55,308 bases of DNA, taken from the IMG/VR virus record IMGVR_UViG_3300025585_000054, positions 1 to 55,308 of that record. One strand, given 5' to 3'. Shown in pieces: positions 1 to 7,143 of the stretch. The DNA comes from a virus (lineage: Duplodnaviria; Caudoviricetes). Within the stretch, counting starts at the first letter, position 1, and each line of letters opens with the position of its first letter. Position numbers and translations under genes: made by a program. The notes below the pieces were generated by a model. The model saw nothing but the letters and a program-made list of their open reading frames with translations. It made no database searches and was not told the origin of the DNA.

Positions 1-76
1 CGCTGATCGGGGACGCCCTGCGGATCTGGGAACGACTTATGGCTGAAGTTGAATACATACTTCAATCGGAAGTTTT

Positions 77-280
77 CTACTTACGCTTATCAAGGTTTAC
101 CAAAGAGGGTCGGACAACATAACCATTATCTAAAGCAATCTGCGAAACCCGAGCCCGAGTAAGTCCAATACGTCTACCAATTTCAGCATATGATAAACCT
201 TCGTCAATCATATCTAAAATTTGCTTATTCCTAGCGTAAGTCTTACTCATCTTCTCAGCATCCACAAATTCATTATTCAT
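77..280 (-). CDS. Small HTH DNA-binding protein (sigma-70 region 4-like)
   Basis: GLSYAEIGRRIGLTRARVSQI is a typical sigma4/LuxR-like HTH; overlaps the stop of the upstream ORF. Confidence 0.7.
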   Translation of the reverse strand: MNNEFVDAEKMSKTYARNKQILDMIDEGLSYAEIGRRIGLTRARVSQIALDNGYVVRPSLVNLDKRK

Positions 281-581
281 TATCTAAACCCTTTTCTAAT
301 TTCTCGTGGTATAACCGTCCGTGCTCAGCATCGTTTTTGTCAATTTTACGATATGTTGCACCATTCGGATTAAAGAAGTATTCGTTTAGCGGCCCAACTT
401 CTTCAGTAGAGGGGCCATACTCAAAGATTCTAGCAAACCAAGCTGATGGGGTGAAGCCATACTCTTTATTGAAACGTACCGTCGCAACGCTTGTTGCCTC
501 TTGAGCATCTTGAGCATCATGGATTAAGATAGGCAGTCTAAACTCTACTACCCAATAACTTTTACTTTCTTCTGTTGCCAT
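273..581 (-). CDS. Hypothetical protein
   Basis: 102-aa ORF with GAGGT RBS, in operon. Confidence 0.75.
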   Translation of the reverse strand: MATEESKSYWVVEFRLPILIHDAQDAQEATSVATVRFNKEYGFTPSAWFARIFEYGPSTEEVGPLNEYFFNPNGATYRKIDKNDAEHGRLYHEKLEKGLDNE

Positions 582-588
582 TATTACC

Positions 589-717
589 TCAAATACAAAA
601 TAGGATTAGGATTACGAACGGAAAAAAGATTACAAGCATTACACCAAAGGTAGCAATAAGAATTGCCATAATGGTGAAAAACAAAATATATCTTGCAATA
701 CCAAAGGCTAGCCACAT
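589..717 (-). CDS. Small membrane protein (42 aa, not in ORF track)
   Basis: Manual translation MWLAFGIARYILFFTIMAILIATFGVMLVIFFPFVILILFCI*; fills the gap, with ATG directly after the upstream TAA. Confidence 0.65.
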   Translation of the reverse strand: MWLAFGIARYILFFTIMAILIATFGVMLVIFFPFVILILFCI

Positions 718-2172
718 TTAAACACTATCCAAATCTGCTAGAAGCATCATCAGCCTACCGATACGCCTATCTGCAATATCGCGGAAATGCCTATCGGTAT
801 CGCCATAACCAGTAGTAGCGTGATCGAGCTCATGAACAATAGTAGCCACCATATGCTCCACGCCCAAGTCCAAGGCCCTCACAGAAAGCATAATCTTTCT
901 GTCATCTGCTACCCAGACACCATGAATAGTTTCTTGATGACCACGGGGGGCAAACGGAACAAACTCAATATCATCAGAGATTGTCTCGAAACGACCCACA
1001 ACATTCAACGCCTTAGTCAGAGTGGCTTGACGAACATAGCTCAACTCATCAACAATATCAAAGTCGGCACGAGTGCCCAGAATATTGGAGACATTGAGTT
1101 CTACATCACTCGGGCTGCTGACAATAAGGCGATAGACAATATAGTTATCAACCTCACGTGCAGTTAGACCACGCATCTGAAGCTGAATGGCAAGCTCTTC
1201 CGAATAATGACCTTCGACACCGGAAGGACAAATAGGAATGCAAGTCTCACCATATTGCTCAACCCAAACCTCGGCCCAAGCAGCATCAGACTTCAAATGA
1301 TCGAAATGATACGCTGCCAGACACCACTCCACGCAGGAATCATACTCAGAGCTTTTGTCGAGGATGAAGATATCACGAATAGCATCTTTATCGCTCAAGT
1401 TACGCAAAGCATAGGATGCTACTGAATCAATCTGATAAGCATCAGAGATGCGTCGCTCCTCGTTCAGTCTAAAACCGCTGTGTTGATACGAGAAGATAGC
1501 ACAAGGATCAGCAGTATCACCAATCCAGATACCACCCTTGCCGTAAAGTTTGCCATCAGACACATGAGAAACACACTGCCTAACGGAATCCTCAATTACA
1601 TAGTTCTTGTAAAGACCAATATCCGAACCGCCAGCAGCCTTGGAAATAAAGTCAGGCTTAGCCTCGTGCTTGAAATACAAGTCATTATTATCAAAGAACT
1701 CAAGCAAATCTGGATCGGCAGAGAGATAGACATCGAAATAGCCATCTTTACGTTCAACGCTATCAACAATCTCTACGCTGTAATCTGCACCGAACTCCAA
1801 GTTAGCATCGAGAGCATTCGCAAATGCCTCACGATAAATCTGGAAATCAGTATCCCACGAGATTACACCCGCATCAAGAGAGAAAGACGAAGGGATATCA
1901 GTTACGCCTTCTTCAGTCGTGTAGCGATAGTAAACGATGTCGTAGCCGTCAACATCCTTGGTAATGTAATCCAAGCGGTAATCACCACGGTCATCGCTAC
2001 CGAGACAAATCCACTCAAAACCCTTACGAATAGCAGCAACAGGCGCCAACTTAGCACCCGAGCCAAACTGGCCTACAGTAGATTCATTATCGCGCTTAGA
2101 AGAGATACCCATCTTCTCCAAGCGAATACGCGGCACACAGTCCGCACGGTTACGGAATCGAATATAACTCAC
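718..2172 (-). CDS. GHKL-type ATPase (permuted motif order) fused to a C-terminal HExxH zincin-like domain
   Basis: GISSKRD...GQFGSGAK (lid/G2 box), YREAFANALDA (N box), C-terminal TIVHELDH. Confidence 0.7.
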   Translation of the reverse strand: MSYIRFRNRADCVPRIRLEKMGISSKRDNESTVGQFGSGAKLAPVAAIRKGFEWICLGSDDRGDYRLDYITKDVDGYDIVYYRYTTEEGVTDIPSSFSLDAGVISWDTDFQIYREAFANALDANLEFGADYSVEIVDSVERKDGYFDVYLSADPDLLEFFDNNDLYFKHEAKPDFISKAAGGSDIGLYKNYVIEDSVRQCVSHVSDGKLYGKGGIWIGDTADPCAIFSYQHSGFRLNEERRISDAYQIDSVASYALRNLSDKDAIRDIFILDKSSEYDSCVEWCLAAYHFDHLKSDAAWAEVWVEQYGETCIPICPSGVEGHYSEELAIQLQMRGLTAREVDNYIVYRLIVSSPSDVELNVSNILGTRADFDIVDELSYVRQATLTKALNVVGRFETISDDIEFVPFAPRGHQETIHGVWVADDRKIMLSVRALDLGVEHMVATIVHELDHATTGYGDTDRHFRDIADRRIGRLMMLLADLDSV

Positions 2173-2417
2173 TTATCCTCCTTCTCTGCTGGAACAATAA
2201 ACTCACGGGATACTACGCCAAAGAATCTGCGAGTTTTGGCGTCTTCAATATAAATACCATCTTCAACGTCATGAAATGGCCACCCAAAGGGATATGTTCT
2301 ACGCACAAGCGTAGTCTCTTGTGGATACCAAGGCTTCAAACTTCGTTTGTTTTTATAGTTAGGAATAAACCAATACAATTCTTCTGCTGGTTTCTGATTA
2401 ATCCTAATCCTAGTCAT
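2169..2417 (-). CDS. Hypothetical protein
   Basis: 82-aa ORF coupled to both neighbours. Confidence 0.6.
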   Translation of the reverse strand: MTRIRINQKPAEELYWFIPNYKNKRSLKPWYPQETTLVRRTYPFGWPFHDVEDGIYIEDAKTRRFFGVVSREFIVPAEKEDK

Positions 2418-2686
2418 CAGTAAACATCATCCGGCCAATAAGGTTCTTTCTCGGGAATGTCATCTGCATCATACTCTGGCCTCGTATCGATTTCGCCGTC
2501 CCACTCTTTAGAGCACTGCGGGCACTGAAAGGAATACGTGGCATAAATCGAACCGTAGTCTGCTTCGACTTCAATCTCACCAGACCAACCACAATCGCAA
2601 CTTTCATCGACTGCAGTTTCTCTAGCATTCCATCCGGGTAAATCACTATGAGTTACACCATCAGGAAGATTATCATATCTACCCAT
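2417..2686 (-). CDS. Acidic Zn-ribbon hypothetical protein
   Basis: Start MGRYD after GGAG; CDC...CPQC. Confidence 0.65.
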   Translation of the reverse strand: MGRYDNLPDGVTHSDLPGWNARETAVDESCDCGWSGEIEVEADYGSIYATYSFQCPQCSKEWDGEIDTRPEYDADDIPEKEPYWPDDVY

Positions 2687-3050
2687 CCTCACTCTCCTCT
2701 TCAACCCAAGCGTCACAGTACTCAATATCGAGCAAGTTTACAAAAGCAATATCCTTAATAGCCTTATTTGCAAACTGCCCATCTGCATAGTTTTCAGCAA
2801 ACTTCTTTTGATAATCTTGAATAGCAGCACGCAAAAAGTACATAAACCCAAAACTGCATGCAGAGGTATCATTGATATTAGCATCAAACTTATATTGAAC
2901 ATCAATAGTAAGACGCATACCATTATCTGGTTCCCTCAAGTCAAGGGCTTCCAGAACCTCACGCTTAGCGTCATCTGGGATGTCAGTATTAATAATAACC
3001 TGCTGCACGTAAGCAGTGCTATCACCATCTACATCTGGCCAAAAAGACAT
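2679..3050 (-). CDS. Hypothetical protein
   Basis: 123-aa ORF, TAATG coupling. Confidence 0.7.
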   Translation of the reverse strand: MSFWPDVDGDSTAYVQQVIINTDIPDDAKREVLEALDLREPDNGMRLTIDVQYKFDANINDTSACSFGFMYFLRAAIQDYQKKFAENYADGQFANKAIKDIAFVNLLDIEYCDAWVEEESEDG

Positions 3051-3298
3051 TAGATATCTAACTTTCCCTGCTCATCACAAGGCTTAATATCAGCCTCATT
3101 CACACCAATCCAATAGAAATGCGGAGGGTTGTGGCATTCACAAGCAATACCGACAAACTCATTCATCTTACCGAGAAATCCGGCGCCAATGAAATCATTA
3201 GCATTAGCAGAACGCACAACGGTAAAGACTCTACCGTGCTTTCGCACGATAGAGTCCACCCGTCCCGCATCTAACGCTTCAATAGAAACTTTAGTCAT
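3050..3298 (-). CDS. Hypothetical protein
   Basis: 82-aa ORF, TAATG coupling. Confidence 0.65.
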   Translation of the reverse strand: MTKVSIEALDAGRVDSIVRKHGRVFTVVRSANANDFIGAGFLGKMNEFVGIACECHNPPHFYWIGVNEADIKPCDEQGKLDI

Positions 3299-3735
3299 TA
3301 GGCTTCCTGACTATTTTCATAAGCGACATTTTGCACACCATCAATCCTACCAATAAACGACTCTGCATCGGTAGCTACATCATCGATATCGGTGCCGTAC
3401 TCAATTTCAACGTCAAAAGAGATACGCCATCTGAGCGACGGCATCTCAAGGCCAAGGTCATAGAAAATGCACTCTCGGAGGTATTCTCCAATATCGTTAC
3501 TCATCAACGAACGAATAACGTCTTCCTTGAAAGCTGCAAGAGCACGACCCGACTGCCAATGAGCATTTCGAAGGTCATCGATAGTCTTATTCTTGTTGGC
3601 AAGCGCAATCTCAGCCTCAGCAAGGCCTTGAATCATTGCATCAATTTCAAGTCCACGCTGACGGATCTCTGCTGTCTTAGCCTGAACAGTTTCATTATCA
3701 TTATTAACGGGGAAGGACCCCATAGGCATAGTCAT
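3298..3735 (-). CDS. Hypothetical coiled-coil protein
   Basis: 145-aa ORF, GGAG RBS, TAATG coupling. Confidence 0.7.
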   Translation of the reverse strand: MTMPMGSFPVNNDNETVQAKTAEIRQRGLEIDAMIQGLAEAEIALANKNKTIDDLRNAHWQSGRALAAFKEDVIRSLMSNDIGEYLRECIFYDLGLEMPSLRWRISFDVEIEYGTDIDDVATDAESFIGRIDGVQNVAYENSQEA

Positions 3736-4241
3736 TATGCACTCTCCTTGTTGTTGGAATAGAACTTTTCACTAATACCGTAACCCTTTGCCTGAATGAA
3801 CTCCCAATCAGGCTCAGAGTTATTATTCATATTGATAGTAGTTACTAGCGTTACTTGATTATTATCAATTTTAAAGATAGTCATTGTACTCGAAGGCACA
3901 TCAATAATGTAAGCCCACTCAGCACACCAAAGATCATCTTCCTCAGAACCCGTCCAAGTAACCCAATCTTCTGCACTAGCGTCTGTGTAAATCGTTCCGT
4001 AGCCCGGAACCACATTTCGCAGTTCTTCTCCATTGATAATATCAGGCACTAGCTTACTTTCATTTAGGCTAGACCACTGATAGTTGGTAATGAAAAGCGT
4101 GGCGGCAACTCTTTCGATGCCGTCACGCTTCACTAAATCCCAAATGGCTTTGCCATTATAGGTCGGATACCCATCCCAATGGCAATAACGACCACGAAAG
4201 CCGTCACCATAAGGATGACCAATAATGCTTCTAGTTGACAT
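3735..4241 (-). CDS. Phage hypothetical protein (MSTRS...YCHWDGYP type)
   Basis: N-terminal MSTRSIIG and YCHWDGYP plus EWAY motif, a pattern recalled from a common phage family; start moved to 4241. Confidence 0.7.
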   Translation of the reverse strand: MSTRSIIGHPYGDGFRGRYCHWDGYPTYNGKAIWDLVKRDGIERVAATLFITNYQWSSLNESKLVPDIINGEELRNVVPGYGTIYTDASAEDWVTWTGSEEDDLWCAEWAYIIDVPSSTMTIFKIDNNQVTLVTTINMNNNSEPDWEFIQAKGYGISEKFYSNNKESA

Positions 4242-4548
4242 CTTTTGGACTCCAAGGCATAGCGATAGGATTAATATAATTTTCATGAGGATCACCAACC
4301 ACGTGATAACAAGTATCACAATATGGACCATCAGTCCATTCTTTGTTGGTATCCATAAGAAGCCAAATACCGAGACTATCTACCCCCTTGCAACGTGAAC
4401 AGATATCGTAATCACCATCACGCTTTACAATACGAAGTGCATCTTCTTCATCTTCGTCATACCATAAATCAGAAGCATGAAGCATAAAGTCACGCACAAC
4501 GACTGGCATAAAAATACCGTTGCTAGGTAGGTAGTCTTTGATGTCCAT
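4231..4548 (-). CDS. Zn-finger hypothetical protein
   Basis: CSRC...GIWLL...GPYCDTCY. Confidence 0.65.
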   Translation of the reverse strand: MDIKDYLPSNGIFMPVVVRDFMLHASDLWYDEDEEDALRIVKRDGDYDICSRCKGVDSLGIWLLMDTNKEWTDGPYCDTCYHVVGDPHENYINPIAMPWSPKDVN

Positions 4549-4551
4549 AAT

Positions 4552-4983
4552 CTATGATACCTCATTTCCACCATAGTAATCGTGGCTCATATCAACATAA
4601 CAAGATGAGCAGAGCGGACCAGAGATAATCTCATTATATCCATTACGCTCAACTTCAAGAAGCCACATACCAATAGAACCTTCACGATTACAGTTGCTAC
4701 AAGGCACTGGATTACTATCATCTTCACTATAAGAAGAATCACGAAACTCAATGTCAAGAGTTTCATAAGTAATAGTTCCAGGCTCAATACCAGCATTAGC
4801 AGGATGCCGATACTTAGCATTCTGCTCTTCGAACAAATCGATACGTCGAATCAAAGCGTTACGCTCAGCGTACTCGCTACAACGACGACAAAGAAAGTTC
4901 TTCACTTCAGTATCATCAGGAATACCATAGTTAGTCTGGCACACCATGCAATATGTTCCATCCCAGAACTCAATATCAGTCAT
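4552..4983 (-). CDS. Double Zn-finger hypothetical protein
   Basis: CMVC/CRRC and CSNC...GMWLL...GPLCSSCY. Confidence 0.7.
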   Translation of the reverse strand: MTDIEFWDGTYCMVCQTNYGIPDDTEVKNFLCRRCSEYAERNALIRRIDLFEEQNAKYRHPANAGIEPGTITYETLDIEFRDSSYSEDDSNPVPCSNCNREGSIGMWLLEVERNGYNEIISGPLCSSCYVDMSHDYYGGNEVS

Positions 4984-4986
4984 AAT

Positions 4987-5193
4987 CTAACCTCTTTTCG
5001 GATTGTAGGCTTGTGCGGAAACAGAATCAACAAACATAGGCTGATAGCCAGCCTTATGTCCACAAACAAGAACAATACGATTAGTGCGACTCAATCCTAA
5101 CTTTACGCAGTTATCGGATTGGCACCAATCATACCCTAACGCAATACGCTCAGAAGAAACATCGTTATTATGGCAAAACTTACACTTACTCAT
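4987..5193 (-). CDS. Small Cys-rich protein, first gene of the accessory operon
   Basis: MSKCKFC...WCQSDNC...HKAGYQP; GGAGG RBS. Confidence 0.7.
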   Translation of the reverse strand: MSKCKFCHNNDVSSERIALGYDWCQSDNCVKLGLSRTNRIVLVCGHKAGYQPMFVDSVSAQAYNPKRG

Positions 5194-5240
5194 AAAATAA
5201 CCTCCATTCTGATTCGGATAGGTGTGGCAGGTCAGGGTCG

Positions 5241-5283
5241 AGAATAACACGCGGGAAATCGACTTGTCAAGGCATTTCTTTTT
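5241..5283 (-). promoter_or_regulatory. SigA/sigma70-type promoter of the accessory operon
   Basis: TTGACA-N18-TATTCT with extended TGn and upstream AAAAAGAAAT tract. Confidence 0.7.
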
Positions 5284-5353
5284 GGGTCGCAGAATCGGTG
5301 CTCTCAGATCTCACCGAATGACGCCCCGCCCCGATCGGAAATCCAGACGCCGA

Positions 5354-5386
5354 GGCGCCGATCGGAAGATGCATCCGATCGGCGCC
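5354..5386. repeat. 13-bp perfect inverted repeat within a CCGATCGG cluster
   Basis: GGCGCCGATCGGA-agatgca-TCCGATCGGCGCC. Confidence 0.85.
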
Positions 5387-5563
5387 CAAGCGATCTGGGA
5401 ACAGATTAGGGCTAACTTTGAATATGTATTAGAAATCGATTCTTTTATTTCTATCTCTCAATCTAATCCAAATCAAATGGCCGACATCTGAAACCATCTT
5501 TGAATGCACTTATACTTTACATAAGCTTAGACATTAAGTGCATCATTTTTAGCGTTTAAATTT

Positions 5564-6154
5564 TTACAAATTCCAAGGACTACGACCGCTACCTTGATAT
5601 AAAGACCAAGCTGCTTTAATATTACATTCTGGAACAGTCCAGTCTGTGTGCCCGCACACAGCGAGAAAAATACCGCTATGCATAGGCATCATCATCTGAA
5701 ATAATCCAGATGCACCGGATGCATTTCTTGCAGTCGGGATACACCTTGATTCCCGATACGCAATAGAGATAGCCCATTCTGCATCTCTTTGCCAAATACT
5801 GCGAATCAAATCTGCGTATTGGCAGGGGCTACTACTCCGAGGCTGTTGAGCAACATTTGTCGTAGGTGTTGCTGCTCTTTGTCTTGCCAGCGTTTCCGAC
5901 CGCCTGCGTTCTTCGGCCTGCTGTGCGGCAATTCTATTCTTCTCTACTTGCGTATTCCAGAGAACCACAGCCTCTTGGTGCTCTTGGAATCTAACTCTTT
6001 GTTCTGCCCGAATTTGGTTGAATACCTTTGTGTCGTCAACCACGATACTTTCTCTGGATGCTTTCGGTGAAGCATCCGTATTACTATGTTTATCAGTGAT
6101 TCCACCGATTGATGCTGTTATAAGTAAGATTAAACTCGATAATAATATTCTCAT
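5564..6154 (-). CDS. Secreted lytic transglycosylase (SLT/lysozyme-like fold)
   Basis: N-terminal signal peptide, coiled/low-complexity linker, AYRESRC (catalytic Glu), GASGLFQ, NIKAA...PW. Confidence 0.85.
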   Translation of the reverse strand: MRILLSSLILLITASIGGITDKHSNTDASPKASRESIVVDDTKVFNQIRAEQRVRFQEHQEAVVLWNTQVEKNRIAAQQAEERRRSETLARQRAATPTTNVAQQPRSSSPCQYADLIRSIWQRDAEWAISIAYRESRCIPTARNASGASGLFQMMMPMHSGIFLAVCGHTDWTVPECNIKAAWSLYQGSGRSPWNL

Positions 6155-6217
6155 AATTTCTCCTTCTGCCGGATTATCGGCTATTTTTCGGCTAGCCTAC
6201 TTTGACTCTCCGAATAA

Positions 6218-6266
6218 TTAACAGGGGTAGCCCGTGGGGAATGGGAGTACGGGCTACCCCTGTTAA
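6218..6266. terminator. Strong hairpin, probable terminator
   Basis: 18-bp perfect inverted repeat TTAACAGGGGTAGCCCGT...ACGGGCTACCCCTGTTAA. Confidence 0.7.
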
Positions 6267-6285
6267 AACTTTATAGATTTAGTTG

Positions 6286-6597
6286 TCAGCTACGGCGGGA
6301 AGACTTCTTGGCCTCAGCCTCGATAATCTCATCAACCTTAGCTTCCGCAGTCTTACCTTGGAAGTAAAGCGTCTGCTCATCCTTGCGGTAACGAATTTCC
6401 ACAGCCATTCCAAGATTCTTGGCGGCAGTACGAATCCGTTGCGAGAGCGAGTTGTAATGCTTACCCTCTTCGACGTTCTCAATCGCCTTCGGCTTGCAAG
6501 TCTTAAGCAGTTCCTGAATTTGACGCGTCTCCTCAGAGGCACGCTTGCCCCCGCCACGAACCAACGGCGGAAGCTCTTTCACATCCTTAATGTCCAT
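6286..6597 (-). CDS. Small basic hypothetical protein, possibly DNA-binding
   Basis: 103-aa ORF with AGGAG RBS and its own promoter. Confidence 0.7.
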   Translation of the reverse strand: MDIKDVKELPPLVRGGGKRASEETRQIQELLKTCKPKAIENVEEGKHYNSLSQRIRTAAKNLGMAVEIRYRKDEQTLYFQGKTAEAKVDEIIEAEAKKSSRRS

Positions 6598-6650
6598 ATC
6601 ATTTCTCCTGTGTAACTTGCCGGAGCCCGGTGCCCCGCCTAGTGGTAGGT

Positions 6651-6702
6651 AAGGTACACGCCCCTAAGTACGATTTCAAGTCGGGGCGATAAATTTCTTT
6701 TT
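6651..6702 (-). promoter_or_regulatory. SigA-type promoter
   Basis: TTGAAA-N17-TACCTT, upstream AAAAAGAAAT. Confidence 0.6.
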
Positions 6703-6712
6703 AGCCTCGCAT

Positions 6713-7036
6713 CTAATTCATTTTTTGAGATGCGCTCATATCGCGAGTGTCTTCCAAAAATCTGGTCCGGAAAGCATTTTTCGGCTTGCCTGCCGCAAAA
6801 TATGCGCCACCCCATAGCCCTGTTTCCCCCACCGTAATCGCGTGTTGATAGCACGCCTCACGGACTTCACATGAATTACAGAACCTAATCATTTTTTCTT
6901 TGTTGGCACCATTTGATTTCTCAAACTCCTCAAAGAAGAGCTTTAAATCCTTTTTCTCCTGACGACATTTAGCGTCGTTCATCCATTCGGTGCTCACTTC
7001 CTGAAGCGCTTTCGACCGCCAATTGTTGTCTCCCAC
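6713..7036 (-). CDS. whiB: WhiB-family Fe-S transcription factor
   Basis: W..AKC...FF...C..C.V...C and GLWGG motif; GGAGG RBS, GTG start. Confidence 0.9.
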   Translation of the reverse strand: MGDNNWRSKALQEVSTEWMNDAKCRQEKKDLKLFFEEFEKSNGANKEKMIRFCNSCEVREACYQHAITVGETGLWGGAYFAAGKPKNAFRTRFLEDTRDMSASQKMN

Positions 7037-7143
7037 AATAACCTCCCGTTTGACTTGCGGACCTCTTACTTCCGCCCCCCTACTGCCTCGTAGGTAAGGT
7101 GCGAAGCACCTTACCCCGGCGTGCGCCGCCGGTCCAATCGGAC

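Noticed and set aside
6155-6280. Possible c-di-AMP (ydaO) riboswitch upstream of the transglycosylase
   Set aside because: Consensus elements not recognised; only a long hairpin and a short TAGCCGA repeat. An Infernal search would settle it
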